A stretch of DNA of 64,000 nt from Methanomassiliicoccales archaeon (GTDB lineage Archaea > Thermoplasmatota > Thermoplasmata > Methanomassiliicoccales > JACIVX01), in contig JARYLV010000003.1 in the NCBI GenBank assembly GCA_029907465.1, positions 3,871 to 67,870 on the forward strand. The letters are read 5' to 3'. The position numbers were made by a program, and so were the translations under genes. The notes under the pieces are model-generated. The model did not search any database, was not told the origin of the DNA, and saw only the letters and a list, made by a program, of their open reading frames with translations. Position 1 is the first letter of the stretch; the number at the start of each line of letters is the position of its first letter. This document shows positions 18,616 through 28,635 of the stretch, piece after piece.

Positions 18616-19498
18616 GGAAAATGAGATTCCCAACCACGACCGAAAAAAGCAATGAGATGGTAATAGGTATCAGAAATGGAATCTTTGGCGTGACCCATAT
18701 TTTCTCAAAGCCCAATTGCTTGAGGTTCCTGAGTTGAGTTTCAACAGAATCGTCACTTCTAGGAAAGATTGTCAGTCTGATCTTTTCGCCATCGAAATAT
18801 TCCAGCGGCCAGACAAATTTTAACTGGACCTCATTGATATTCACACGATAACCAAAAAACATCACGGGAATTCTTTTGTCTCCCCGAAAAAAATTGAAAA
18901 AGAAGAGGGCGATGGGCACGGCGACAGACAACAGAGCGGCGTTGAAAAGGATCAATAACGAAAAAGGAAACAGAAGCTCATTCAATGTGCTTGGGATGTC
19001 GATAATTGGGAATTGACCGATAACTGGATAATGCGGGAAGGATATAGAGAGGGCCAGGAGCGCTTTTGCGTCAGCACCACCTTTAATAATATTCAAATTA
19101 TAGAATAAAATAATAATTCCAAACATGATGATAATCGTCATCAATTCCCAATAAAGAAGCTGATCCCAGAAGTTGATAGCAAGAAATATGAGAACAGCCA
19201 ATGCAATCAAGTAGAGAAAAAGTGGTATGATATTGATTCCGTCTTCCAAGATCCCCTTTCGATCCCAAAAGATGTCAAAAAAAATAATCGCAATGGGGAT
19301 GATAAATAAATAGTAAATAGGTGAGGCCCCGGAAAGATAGAGATCAATCACAAGAATGGCGAGGCCGATGATCCCAAGCAATATCCAGTGCATATCTGCC
19401 GCCAACCTAGCTTTCCAATCAGAGATTGATGCAGATAAAAGTATGAAAAAAGAGGCAAAGACTCGAATGTATTCCATTTCCTCCATATATTGGAGCAT
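18602..19498 (-). CDS. A24-family prepilin/preflagellin peptidase (FlaK/PibD-like)
   Basis: This is a polytopic membrane protein with the GGADAKAL catalytic Asp motif and an N-terminal Asp-containing region (SISDWK). Confidence 0.75.
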   Translation of the reverse strand: MLQYMEEMEYIRVFASFFILLSASISDWKARLAADMHWILLGIIGLAILVIDLYLSGASPIYYLFIIPIAIIFFDIFWDRKGILEDGINIIPLFLYLIALAVLIFLAINFWDQLLYWELMTIIIMFGIIILFYNLNIIKGGADAKALLALSISFPHYPVIGQFPIIDIPSTLNELLFPFSLLILFNAALLSVAVPIALFFFNFFRGDKRIPVMFFGYRVNINEVQLKFVWPLEYFDGEKIRLTIFPRSDDSVETQLRNLKQLGFEKIWVTPKIPFLIPITISLLFSVVVGNLIFLMIA

Positions 19499-19651
19499 TC
19501 ATATAAAGAAATAAAACCTTTGTCCACTTGATTTTGGAGATTTTCGGAGAAAAGCCAGAATCAGTGGGATAGAATTTTATACCACGAATCAATGCATGGT
19601 AGCGTGGAGTGGAGAGAACAGAAGACGAAATCAAAATCGATAGGGACTTTC

Positions 19652-21190
19652 ATGAGACACGTGCTTGTAACGATCTTCAGTATTGCAATCATTACCTTCT
19701 TGCCCTGCGGCTTTTTGCATGCATCGGCATCTCAGCCGATCAATATCTTTTCAATGGATCCGCATGATCAGCAGATCAACGCTGGCGAAATTGCAAGCTA
19801 TAGGTGGGTCCTGTTCAATAACGCTTCTTCTGCGTATCTTATTCACGTTTCTGTCAACCCATTGTCGGATAAGGACTGGCATGCAGCATTTGACGAGGAT
19901 GTTATCACATTGAGTCCAGGCCAAGACGAAACTATCATCCTGAATATTACGACGTCACGAACAATGGGGACTAAAGACCTCTCTTTAGTCGTTGTTTTCA
20001 ATGTCACGGAAATGAGCGAACCAACAAACACTTATCAAATTACGCAGAACATTCATTTGAAAATTGTATCCCTTTTTGGATCAAGAGCTGGAGAGAACAA
20101 GTTGTTCGGAATATGGGACAACTTTCTTCCATCGCCTTTTGATACAAACTACGGCGCATTTATCTTTACACTCATTGGATGGATAGCAATCGCATTGGTT
20201 GTCGCTTTCGTCATTGATCCAATCGTTCACAGATTTACAAGAAAAACGAAGACAGAACTCGATGATCGCCTTCTGAAGATTATCCACGGCCCGCTCTTTG
20301 CCATCATCGTCCTCTATGGAATCGTCAATTCGCTCGAGATCCTAAATATACCAATAGATATCATTGCAACAATTGAACTCATCTATAGCATTTCAATGGT
20401 TATCATCATTGTCTGGCTGGCATACAGAATATACGATAATATTCTCATCTATTACGCGAAATCCTTTGCCAAGAAAACGGAAATGGAGATCGACGATGTA
20501 CTCGTCCCTCTTTTTGAAAAGATAGGGATGATTATCATACCTTTGCTGGGATTTACCGCCATTTTACACATTCTGGGCTTTGATGTGACGGTGATCATTG
20601 CTGGCGTTGGAGTGCTCGGTCTCGTAATTGGTCTTGCGGCTCAATCCACTTTATCAAACCTCTTTGCGGGATTGCAGCTACTGGTGGACAGACCATTCAA
20701 GGTTGGTGACCTGATTTTGATGGAGGACGGGGAAGTTTGTGAGGTTCGTAAGATTGGGATGAGAAGCATCACGCTCTATGATATTTTCAAGCACTCAAAT
20801 GTTATCATACCGAATAATGAGATCGCGAATAAGAAGATCATCAACATTGTTCAGCCGGATAGAAAGTACAAGAAAAGCGTCACTGTTGGCGTCGCCTACG
20901 GCTCAGACGTCAAAAAAGTGGAATCGATCCTTTTGCAAGCGGCGCTCGAACACCCCAACGTGTTGAAGGACGAGGAACATGCGCCAGTTGTGAGATTTGA
21001 AGATTTCGGGGACTCCGCTCTTATTTTCACCATTTACTTCTGGGTCGACGATGTACGCAACCAATGGAAGGCCACTTCCGATATTAGAAAGAAAATCGAT
21101 GAGAAATTCCGTGAGGAGGGCATCGAGATCCCATTCCCACAGAGAACTGTATGGCTGAGGCAACTTGAGAAGGACGCTCAAACCAAATGA
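19652..21190 (+). CDS. MscS-family mechanosensitive channel with an N-terminal extracellular beta-rich domain
   Basis: The MscS core reads LSNLFAGLQLLVDRPFKVGDLI...GEVCEVRKIGMRSITL. A signal-peptide-like start is present at ATG 19652 (MRHVLVTIFSIAIITF). Confidence 0.85.
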   Translation: MRHVLVTIFSIAIITFLPCGFLHASASQPINIFSMDPHDQQINAGEIASYRWVLFNNASSAYLIHVSVNPLSDKDWHAAFDEDVITLSPGQDETIILNITTSRTMGTKDLSLVVVFNVTEMSEPTNTYQITQNIHLKIVSLFGSRAGENKLFGIWDNFLPSPFDTNYGAFIFTLIGWIAIALVVAFVIDPIVHRFTRKTKTELDDRLLKIIHGPLFAIIVLYGIVNSLEILNIPIDIIATIELIYSISMVIIIVWLAYRIYDNILIYYAKSFAKKTEMEIDDVLVPLFEKIGMIIIPLLGFTAILHILGFDVTVIIAGVGVLGLVIGLAAQSTLSNLFAGLQLLVDRPFKVGDLILMEDGEVCEVRKIGMRSITLYDIFKHSNVIIPNNEIANKKIINIVQPDRKYKKSVTVGVAYGSDVKKVESILLQAALEHPNVLKDEEHAPVVRFEDFGDSALIFTIYFWVDDVRNQWKATSDIRKKIDEKFREEGIEIPFPQRTVWLRQLEKDAQTK

Positions 21191-22434
21191 AGATTCAGTT
21201 CCTGGGCGAGGTCATAAGCTTCCTGAAATTCCGACGGCTTCAGGGGCCGATTGATATCACGATGCTCAAATGCCCTGTGCACCGGCCTATATTGATCCAT
21301 TACATTGACCAAAGCCGATGGTATATTCTCGGCAATCCACTTCAATACTGGTTTCGTGCAGCATTCGATGTGATTTGGGAGCACGAGGTGGCGCACGATG
21401 ACCTCAGCCTGTTTTGCGGCGAGTAAGTGGTTGCGGGAAACAATCTCGAAATAGTTTTGTACACCTGATAGACGCTTGGCACACGAATTGTTTCCATATT
21501 TGAAATCAGTCAGGTAAACATCGATAATTCCGTCCAAAAGCTCCATTGACTTTTCAGTTAGGAACATATTCGAATTCCAAATCTGTGGAATGTTAACAAC
21601 CGAATACTTGAGAACATCGAGAACATAATGCAGATTTGGTGTCGGGTCTCCCCCGACCCAATTGACATTGACAGCGGACGTGGGGGTCCAGACCCTCATC
21701 GCAGAAATTACTTTGGAACAAGCTCTCCCGCCGAATCTATCGGCGATCTTTGCTGCCAAACGCTGCGGGGGTACACAGATGCCTTCATCTGGATGCGTAC
21801 TGATGTCATAATTCTGGCAAAAGACACACTTGAAATTGCATCCGCTGAAGAAAATTGTATAAGAAGGAATAAGAGGAGGTTCTTCCCCGTAATGCAGAAA
21901 TTCACTCGCTATCCGCGGATCAAGAACACCGCACCTGCCCTTAACACCTTTGTTTCTATTGACCTGACACCGCCATTCACAGATCTCACACCGACTTAGC
22001 ATCCTTTTTGCAAGTTCTAACTTTAGATCGAGCAATGATGTTGCTGGTGCGCTCAAGCCCTCTTTGCTTCCTCGTTTGAACTCTTCAACATCTACATGCG
22101 AGTGAAAGGCGGCAATTTGATCCGCGTGCAATTTCCAGAGTTCCTCGTCCGTTAGCGACGGAGAAAAATCTGTATGCATGTCCTTCGCGAGGAGATAATA
22201 AGCCTTGCTCCTACCGTCTAGGATAGAATGATATCTCGCCAATGGCTCCTTCATCTGATTATACTTACAGCGATATCGTTTAAGGCTTTTTTCTCTGACT
22301 TCCCGGTTATCGCTTCTTTTTCTGATTGGTGGGCAGGTCGTTGCATTGAATTCGATCCAGCGCGAAGATATGTACAGAACGCCATTTACTAAGACATGGA
22401 TCTCTGTAGAACTTGGACCAGTGGGAAGAATCAT
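21178..22434 (-). CDS. radical SAM protein, PflX-like (COG1313 type)
   Basis: The CxxxCxxC motif reads GCNFKCVFCQN. The start is uncertain; internal ATG 22254 (MKEPLARYHSIL) is plausible. The 3' end overlaps the mscS 3' end by 13 nt (convergent). Confidence 0.75.
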   Translation of the reverse strand: MILPTGPSSTEIHVLVNGVLYISSRWIEFNATTCPPIRKRSDNREVREKSLKRYRCKYNQMKEPLARYHSILDGRSKAYYLLAKDMHTDFSPSLTDEELWKLHADQIAAFHSHVDVEEFKRGSKEGLSAPATSLLDLKLELAKRMLSRCEICEWRCQVNRNKGVKGRCGVLDPRIASEFLHYGEEPPLIPSYTIFFSGCNFKCVFCQNYDISTHPDEGICVPPQRLAAKIADRFGGRACSKVISAMRVWTPTSAVNVNWVGGDPTPNLHYVLDVLKYSVVNIPQIWNSNMFLTEKSMELLDGIIDVYLTDFKYGNNSCAKRLSGVQNYFEIVSRNHLLAAKQAEVIVRHLVLPNHIECCTKPVLKWIAENIPSALVNVMDQYRPVHRAFEHRDINRPLKPSEFQEAYDLAQELNLHLV

Positions 22435-22551
22435 TTAACGGAAGAGATTTTTTCATGCAATAGGGGGTTAAAAATTATTTTATAAGGCGGACTCTCATTT
22501 TACAAAAAGGACTCAAAGTCCATTGTGATTGGAGGTGTAGGCTTGGGAGTA

Positions 22552-23043
22552 ATGGAGGTAATCAGGGGTAGACGAAGTATTAGAAAATATAAGAAAAAAC
22601 CGATTCCAGAGGACTTATTGATAGAGATATTAGAGGCAGCTCGTCTTGCACCCTCAGGAGCTAACAGACAATTTTGGAAATTGATTGTTGTCCGCGATGA
22701 GGAGAGGAAAAAAGGACTGGTTCCCCTATGTAGGGATCAAAAATTCATAGAAGACTGCTCGGCATTCATCGCTGCTGTCGATGATCCGAGTCAGAAGTGG
22801 TATAGAGTCGATGTCGCCATCGCCCTCGACCACCTATCTCTTGCAGCAGCTGAAAAGGGCTTAGGAACTTGCTGGATCGGCGCATTTGACCCTGAGAAGG
22901 TTGCTGAGTATCTGGGTGTACCGAAGGGGTTGGTAATTACGGTTTGCATGACGCTAGGATATCCAGCGGAATCTCCAGAGCCAAGACCAAGGAAATCACT
23001 TGAAGAATTGGTATTCTGGGAAAAATATGGAGAGAAAGCATGA
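22552..23043 (+). CDS. nitroreductase family protein
   Basis: The N-terminus reads MEVIRGRRSIRKYKKKPIPEDLL. LEAARLAPSGANRQ is typical of the family. ATG 22552 is preferred over the track start. Confidence 0.85.
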   Translation: MEVIRGRRSIRKYKKKPIPEDLLIEILEAARLAPSGANRQFWKLIVVRDEERKKGLVPLCRDQKFIEDCSAFIAAVDDPSQKWYRVDVAIALDHLSLAAAEKGLGTCWIGAFDPEKVAEYLGVPKGLVITVCMTLGYPAESPEPRPRKSLEELVFWEKYGEKA

Positions 23044-23363
23044 AAGTCATTAATGTGAGTGGTCTGAACGAAGTCGCCACACCCGGCGAACGAGGTCAAG
23101 TTTTTATCACTGATTGCATAAACGAAAGGGACATCGTATTTGGTTTAAGAGAGATTGAACCGAATTCGATTGCTCCAAAGCGCCCGCATCATCATCCGCT
23201 ACGCCAGGCGATGTTTGTAATTGATGGGACAGGGGTTGTCACCAATGGCATTGAAAGACACCGATTTAAGCCGGGTGATTTTATCATGATTGATGCTGAT
23301 GAAGAGCATTATTTTGAATCCGAAGGAGAGAGAGTAAGGATGATTGAGTTGCGTTTCCCTTGA
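23040..23363 (+). CDS. cupin domain protein
   Basis: The protein is small and beta-barrel-like, with His-rich motif 1 (PHHHPLRQAMFVIDGTG) and motif 2 (GDFIMIDADEEHYF). Its start forms an ATGA overlap with the upstream gene. Confidence 0.7.
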   Translation: MKVINVSGLNEVATPGERGQVFITDCINERDIVFGLREIEPNSIAPKRPHHHPLRQAMFVIDGTGVVTNGIERHRFKPGDFIMIDADEEHYFESEGERVRMIELRFP

Positions 23364-23637
23364 GAAATTTCACCTAGAAAAGTGAGATCGTCTTGATCGT
23401 TCGCCTCATTGGGTGCAAGAGGAGATACACCTAATACTCAGGAATTCCAATGTAGAGCTTAAAGCGTGTTTGGATTCGTAATATGTAAATTGCTGCAGGT
23501 GATAAAGTGCACCCTTTAGATGCAATTAAGAAATCTTTTGCATACATGATCTACACAGGCATTGGCAGAAACACACTTCCAATTCATTAGGGACAAAGTT
23601 TATAATTGGTTGTTATATTTTTAACGATAGTGAAATC

Positions 23638-24144
23638 ATGAACGCAGGAATTGGACGATATCTCAAGCAAGAATACATATGGGCGACGGCAAGAATAGCC
23701 CTCGGATGGATGTTGTTCTGGGCCTTTATCGATAAAGTGTTTGGGCTCGGGTTTAGCACGACACCGCAGCAATCGTGGCTTTCTGGAGCTTCACCAACTT
23801 CAGGGTTTCTGAAATTTGGCGTCTCAGGGCTTTTTGCAGATTTGTTCAAAGCGATGGCAGGCAATATATTAGTCGATGTTCTGTTCATGGCAGGCCTATT
23901 GCTAATCGGAATTGCTCTTTTGCTAGGCATCGGAACGAAAATTGCTGGTTACGCTGGCGCACTTCTCATGTTCATTCTCTATCTTACAAATGTACCTCCT
24001 CTGCACAATCCGCTGATCGACGAACACATCATCTATCTGATCGTGCTCATAGGGATTGCAAACGTCAAAGCGGGCCATACTTGGGGACTAGGGAAGTGGT
24101 GGTCAAATACATCCCTAGTGAAGAGGTTCCCAATCCTCGAGTAA
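23638..24144 (+). CDS. DoxX/DoxD-like membrane protein
   Basis: It has four predicted TM helices. The N-terminal RIALGWMLFWAFIDKVFG resembles DoxX-family proteins. Confidence 0.55.
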   Translation: MNAGIGRYLKQEYIWATARIALGWMLFWAFIDKVFGLGFSTTPQQSWLSGASPTSGFLKFGVSGLFADLFKAMAGNILVDVLFMAGLLLIGIALLLGIGTKIAGYAGALLMFILYLTNVPPLHNPLIDEHIIYLIVLIGIANVKAGHTWGLGKWWSNTSLVKRFPILE

Positions 24145-24175
24145 ACCCCATTAAGGAAGCAATCTAACATGCGTC

Positions 24176-24208
24176 AAAAAAAAGGCTCGATCGAGCCTTT
24201 TTATTTTT
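24176..24208. terminator. symmetric hairpin flanked by A and T runs; bidirectional terminator-like element
   Basis: The element is A8 (24176-24183), the perfect 14-nt palindrome GGCTCGATCGAGCC (24184-24197), then TTTTTATTTTT (24198-24208). It lies between convergent ORFs. Confidence 0.6.
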
Positions 24209-24209
24209 A

Positions 24210-24404
24210 CTACTCTCGACTGGAGCCAGAAATAAAATTATCAAATGGCACATATTCATCAATAGTGAGATCTTTGAGAAGATAGGGAACAGGGGATGGA
24301 GAATTGTTTTGCGTCGATTCCTGCCCATTGACTTGAGAGATAGTTCGTAAACTATGAAACCGAATTCTTGACTTCATCATTTGGTTAGCCAGCAGCATCG
24401 TCAT
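24210..24404 (-). CDS. small hypothetical ORF (64 aa)
   Basis: The only support is that the ORF ends exactly at the symmetric terminator-like hairpin. I recognise no domain. Confidence 0.25.
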   Translation of the reverse strand: MTMLLANQMMKSRIRFHSLRTISQVNGQESTQNNSPSPVPYLLKDLTIDEYVPFDNFISGSSRE

Positions 24405-24727
24405 AATCCGAGATGTTCTTTATTCTTAGCGCAAGCATTCTGGCATACCATTGCCGTTTGTGGTGGTGCGATGATTCGTATGCCATTTAAGTAACATTTC
24501 GATCCAAAGACTGATACCCAGAACTCAGAAATGTGGAACCTCGTAGCAAAAGACCATGCAGCCATATCGAGAACTTTTTGTCACTAGAATTTCCTAATGC
24601 GATTGAATACTGACCGTCGTCTTTGGTGATTTTTCTTTCCGTAAATCCCTATTATTTCTTTTAAAAAAATGAAAATTTTATACAAGAGAGACTACTCTAT
24701 CGCTATCGCAAAGGGCAATGCGAGAAG

Positions 24728-25441
24728 ATGAAGATCGGAGCGGTTGGCGACCTGCACGGCAAGAAATACATTGAATTCTTGGAGAATAAACCTGAATACG
24801 CTGATCTAGATCTCTTGCTGCTGGCCGGTGATATCACTGAAAACAATAGCGTTGAAGAGTTTGATCTCGTTCTTGAAAAGCTCAAAGGATTGACGCATGC
24901 GAAACTAGTCGCTGTTTTTGGAAACGAAGAATATGAAGATACACACACTGAATACAAAAAGAGAAGTGAGGTTATTTTCTTGAGCGATAGCGCGACAACA
25001 TTCAAAATCAGGGATGCGAATGTTAAAGTTGTTGGGACAACGGGTTCCCTTGATAGACCAACTTGGTGGCAGAGAATGAATCTGCCCGATATTTGGAAAA
25101 GATATCAGCAACGCATCGAAAAGGTTTCCCAATTGCTAATACGCGATGGTTCAGATTTTCTCATCTTGTTAATGCATTATGCACCAACCTATAAAACCCT
25201 CATGGGAGAGAGACCAGAAAGATACCCAGAAATGGCCTCGGAAAAGTATGAAACAATCATAAAAGAAAAGAGACCCGACATCGTTTTTCATGCACATGCT
25301 CACAAGGGAACGAGACATGCGGTGTTGAAAAGGGAACAGAGAAGATTGGATGAAATTGAGAATGAGTTCAAACCCGTTCCAATTTACAATGTTTCGTTAC
25401 CCCTTAATAAGTCTATCACAATCGTTGAGTTGCAGGAATGA
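24728..25441 (+). CDS. calcineurin-like metallophosphoesterase
   Basis: Metallophosphoesterase motifs are present: GDLHG, GDITEN, GNEE and HAHAH. Confidence 0.8.
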   Translation: MKIGAVGDLHGKKYIEFLENKPEYADLDLLLLAGDITENNSVEEFDLVLEKLKGLTHAKLVAVFGNEEYEDTHTEYKKRSEVIFLSDSATTFKIRDANVKVVGTTGSLDRPTWWQRMNLPDIWKRYQQRIEKVSQLLIRDGSDFLILLMHYAPTYKTLMGERPERYPEMASEKYETIIKEKRPDIVFHAHAHKGTRHAVLKREQRRLDEIENEFKPVPIYNVSLPLNKSITIVELQE

Positions 25442-25445
25442 AAGT

Positions 25446-26444
25446 ATGCCTGAGGACATGGAAATCGAGTCATTATTGCCGTGTGGGTCGATCAATGATC
25501 TGATCTACGGGATGTTGCGTCAGATTCCGAAAGGAATGGTCACGACTTATGGCGATATAGCTGAAGCACTAGGAGATATTCGCGCCGCGAGGGCTATCGG
25601 TGAGATTGTTTCGGGAAATCCGATGCCTATTGTTACCCCCTGCCACCGTGTGGTTTATTCAAATGGAGATATCGGATGGTATGGAGGAAAAAACAAGGGG
25701 AAAGAAGAGAAGAAGGAACTCTTGCGGAGTGAAGGGGTAGAGATCGTCGGGGATAGGGTTGCTAATTTCGAACAGATACGCTTTTCTGATTTCAATGTGG
25801 TACCAGTACTCAGTATATTGAAAAAGGAACAAGAGAGGATGAGATCGAAAGTGGTCGATTTCGATGATTTCAGGTCTGTGAGATTCGTTGCGGGAGTCGA
25901 TGTTTCATATCATAACGATCGAGCTTTCGCTGCCATTGCCGTTTCCGACTTTGAAACAGGAAATATTGTTGAAGAGCGAGTGATTCAGAAATGCGCAGAC
26001 TTTCCTTATATCCCGACGTATCTAGCATTTAGAGAGATTCCAGTAATTAGTGATCTGATCGATAGGAAGAATGATACAATATACATGATAGATGGTCACG
26101 GGATTCTTCATCCGCGTGGCTTTGGAATAGCATCGCAGATAGGTGTGCAGTTTGATATACCGACCATCGGTGTCGCCAAGAAGTTGCTCGTCGGCGAGGT
26201 GAAGAATAGTGACGCAATGATATCCCCGATCACCGTCGATGGCGAAGTGAAAGGATACTTAATAAAAAAGAGTGTAAAAAAGAGCCTTTTCGTATCCGTT
26301 GGACATAGAATTTCACTAAAAACAGCTTGTCGTATCTGCAGAAGATTTATTGATTGCGGTATCCAGGATCCATTAAGTCGAGCACACGAACTCGCCAATC
26401 GGCACAGAAAGAAAAGCATGAAAGAGGAAAAGGATTCCGTATGA
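25446..26444 (+). CDS. bifunctional O6-alkylguanine-DNA alkyltransferase-like / endonuclease V fusion protein
   Basis: The N-terminal MGMT-type domain carries the PCHRVV active site. The C-terminal part shows endonuclease V motifs (GVDVSY, PYIPTYLAFRE, DGHGILHPRGFGIASQIG, IGVAKK). ATG 25446 is preferred over the track start at 25350. Confidence 0.85.
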   Translation: MPEDMEIESLLPCGSINDLIYGMLRQIPKGMVTTYGDIAEALGDIRAARAIGEIVSGNPMPIVTPCHRVVYSNGDIGWYGGKNKGKEEKKELLRSEGVEIVGDRVANFEQIRFSDFNVVPVLSILKKEQERMRSKVVDFDDFRSVRFVAGVDVSYHNDRAFAAIAVSDFETGNIVEERVIQKCADFPYIPTYLAFREIPVISDLIDRKNDTIYMIDGHGILHPRGFGIASQIGVQFDIPTIGVAKKLLVGEVKNSDAMISPITVDGEVKGYLIKKSVKKSLFVSVGHRISLKTACRICRRFIDCGIQDPLSRAHELANRHRKKSMKEEKDSV

Positions 26445-27337
26445 AAATTGCAGTCTACGGAGCTGGCGCAATCGGCAGTTTCCTCGGTGGGTTGCTGGCG
26501 GACAGAAATGAGGTTACCCTCGTCGGACGGGGCCCACATGTTAAGGCGATTAACCGATCTGGATTGAAAATCTCGGGAATGCTTGAGAAAGTTGTTTATC
26601 CTCGCGCTGCCACAGATTTGTCAGACCTCAAAGAACAGGATGTCGTAATCATCACGGTTAAAGCGTATGATACTGAGAAGGCAAAGGAAGCGGTGTCCGT
26701 GATCGTTGGGGAAAAGACGACCGTTGTGACGATCCAGAACGGCCTCAATAATTTGCATTCCCTCGATAAAAAGTTTGGAGATCGGGTCGTAGGCGGTGTC
26801 ACATCGATCGGCGTGACACACGTCTCGCCAGGACATATTCGCCTCGCTGGTAAAGGTGACACTGTATTTGGTTCACTAAGAGGATATCACGAAAGAGTGA
26901 AAGCGATCGTTGAACTCTTCAACCGCTCAGGAATCGAGAGCCGTTACACCGAGAATATCATTGGCGAGATCTGGCTAAAGGCTATCGTGAATTCCTCAAT
27001 AAACCCCATCACCGCAATCCTCAGGAGGAAAAACGAATGCATTGTGACTGAGCCAGAATTGAGAGATCTTGCAAGGAAGATCTGTGAGGAGGCGACGGGT
27101 GTTGCGCAAGCCGCTGGGATCGTGCTTCCGCTTGCCGATCCGTTTCAACGAGTCATGGAGGTGGCCTCGTCGACAAAAGAAAATTATTCGAGCATGTTGC
27201 AGGACATTGAGCGAGGGAAAAAAACGGAAATCGACGAAATCACAGGAGCGATCGTTGCCCAGGCTAGAAAACTCGGCATCGACGTCCCAGTTAACGAGAC
27301 TATTTGGAAGCTTGTGCGGGCATTGAGCGTGAAATAA
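26441..27337 (+). CDS. panE: 2-dehydropantoate 2-reductase (ketopantoate reductase)
   Basis: The Rossmann start reads MKIAVYGAGAIGSFLGG. Similarity to ApbA/PanE runs the full length. Its start forms an ATGA overlap with the upstream stop. Confidence 0.8.
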   Translation: MKIAVYGAGAIGSFLGGLLADRNEVTLVGRGPHVKAINRSGLKISGMLEKVVYPRAATDLSDLKEQDVVIITVKAYDTEKAKEAVSVIVGEKTTVVTIQNGLNNLHSLDKKFGDRVVGGVTSIGVTHVSPGHIRLAGKGDTVFGSLRGYHERVKAIVELFNRSGIESRYTENIIGEIWLKAIVNSSINPITAILRRKNECIVTEPELRDLARKICEEATGVAQAAGIVLPLADPFQRVMEVASSTKENYSSMLQDIERGKKTEIDEITGAIVAQARKLGIDVPVNETIWKLVRALSVK

Positions 27338-27425
27338 AATCCCCCTCTGGAAGTGCGATCCATCCAGACTGACACCTTTAGAAAGATTAATATCATGGCA
27401 GCCTGATTTTCTTGCGTGATCTTCC

Positions 27426-28067
27426 ATGGTAGATGTCAGGGAGCTAGCTGAGAAAGCGCTCGCATATAAGGAAAAGGGCTTGAGTGAAAGGGAAATCGCT
27501 GATGAATTGCATCTTTCGATCGATACTGTCAAGTATTTAATTGAAGAAGGTGGGGCGGGTGTTCTTCCTCCTTCGGATGTCAAAATCGGCTGGAGGAGTA
27601 TCGGAGTATATGGAAGCCGTATTAGCATGATGAGTGATATCCTTGCGGATATCATTATCGAAGAGCTTGACAAGAGAAATCTCAGTGCTGATGTCGTGCT
27701 TGGAATTGCGATTAACGGTGTCTCATTCGCGACTGTGATTTCAGACATACTTGGAATGGAGCTTGCAGTATATAAGCCACCAGCAGAAAGAGGAAAGAAA
27801 GGCGGGGCTTTCAGCTCCAATTATGCATCTGTGGAGAACAAGAATGTGATCATCGTTGATGATGTCATCTCGACAGGCGCAACTCTTCAAGAAGCAATCA
27901 AGGACATCAGAGAAAATGGTGGAAACCCCGTTCTGGCGGTTGTCATTGTCAATAAAAGCAGCCTGAACGAGATTGACGGAGTACCGCTGAGAGGTGTGAT
28001 TAGAGCGAGGTCTATGGGCGGAACGATCCTTGGTGGTGGCCCATTGCATTCGTTCCCGTACGGATAG
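27426..28067 (+). CDS. orotate phosphoribosyltransferase-like regulator (GfcR-type: HTH plus PRTase domain)
   Basis: The N-terminal HTH reads LSEREIADELHLSIDTVKYL. The PRPP-binding motif reads VIIVDDVISTGATL. Confidence 0.8.
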   Translation: MVDVRELAEKALAYKEKGLSEREIADELHLSIDTVKYLIEEGGAGVLPPSDVKIGWRSIGVYGSRISMMSDILADIIIEELDKRNLSADVVLGIAINGVSFATVISDILGMELAVYKPPAERGKKGGAFSSNYASVENKNVIIVDDVISTGATLQEAIKDIRENGGNPVLAVVIVNKSSLNEIDGVPLRGVIRARSMGGTILGGGPLHSFPYG

Positions 28068-28085
28068 TTGTTCTAGGCTCTTAAC

Positions 28086-28523
28086 ATGGATGAGAGAAAA
28101 GATGAGAGACTGACTCCTGAAGAACGTTCGAGGATCTTGGCTCGATTGCATAGCCTGCTCTATTGGGTCGGTGTCCTCATTCCTGATGAGGAAGTGATCG
28201 ATGATCACAAAATTCCCCTTCGAGATATCGTCTTTGACTTTATTTCAAAGGAGGAGCCAACAGACGAGGAGGTGATGGGGGCCCTTGCTCTCGCGCATTC
28301 ACTTGAGAAAAAGGCGAAGGGACTTGAAGAGGAATTGGAAGTGGGAAGATTGACAAAATCAAGAGCGCGAGAATTATATGAAGAGATAGCCGGTTTGCTA
28401 AGAGCGGTTGATGATCTTCGACATTCAAAAGGTCAAGATTTTGAAATCAAGGCTAGGGCATTGATGTCAAAAGTCGATGATGAGAAAAGATGGCTTGAAT
28501 TCATAGAGAGAATAAAGCACTGA
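28086..28523 (+). CDS. hypothetical helical acidic protein
   Basis: The ORF is clean and non-overlapping, with its start 18 nt after the upstream stop. I cannot assign a domain with confidence. Confidence 0.5.
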   Translation: MDERKDERLTPEERSRILARLHSLLYWVGVLIPDEEVIDDHKIPLRDIVFDFISKEEPTDEEVMGALALAHSLEKKAKGLEEELEVGRLTKSRARELYEEIAGLLRAVDDLRHSKGQDFEIKARALMSKVDDEKRWLEFIERIKH

Positions 28524-28635
28524 TACTTTCCTACTTTTTCCCTTGTGTTTTTTCCAATTTTCGGAAGAATTAAATAATTTATTTCCATTTATTGGTCATT
28601 GACTTACGAAAAACGGAAAACCAGAAGGGAGAAAG

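Noticed and set aside
26996-27820. A 274-codon minus-strand ORF, one of the longest unassigned ORFs in the track
   Set aside because: It lies entirely antisense to two well-supported plus-strand genes (panE and the GfcR-like regulator). Its translation is Ser/Leu/Pro-rich and low in complexity, with no motif. It is a typical shadow ORF.
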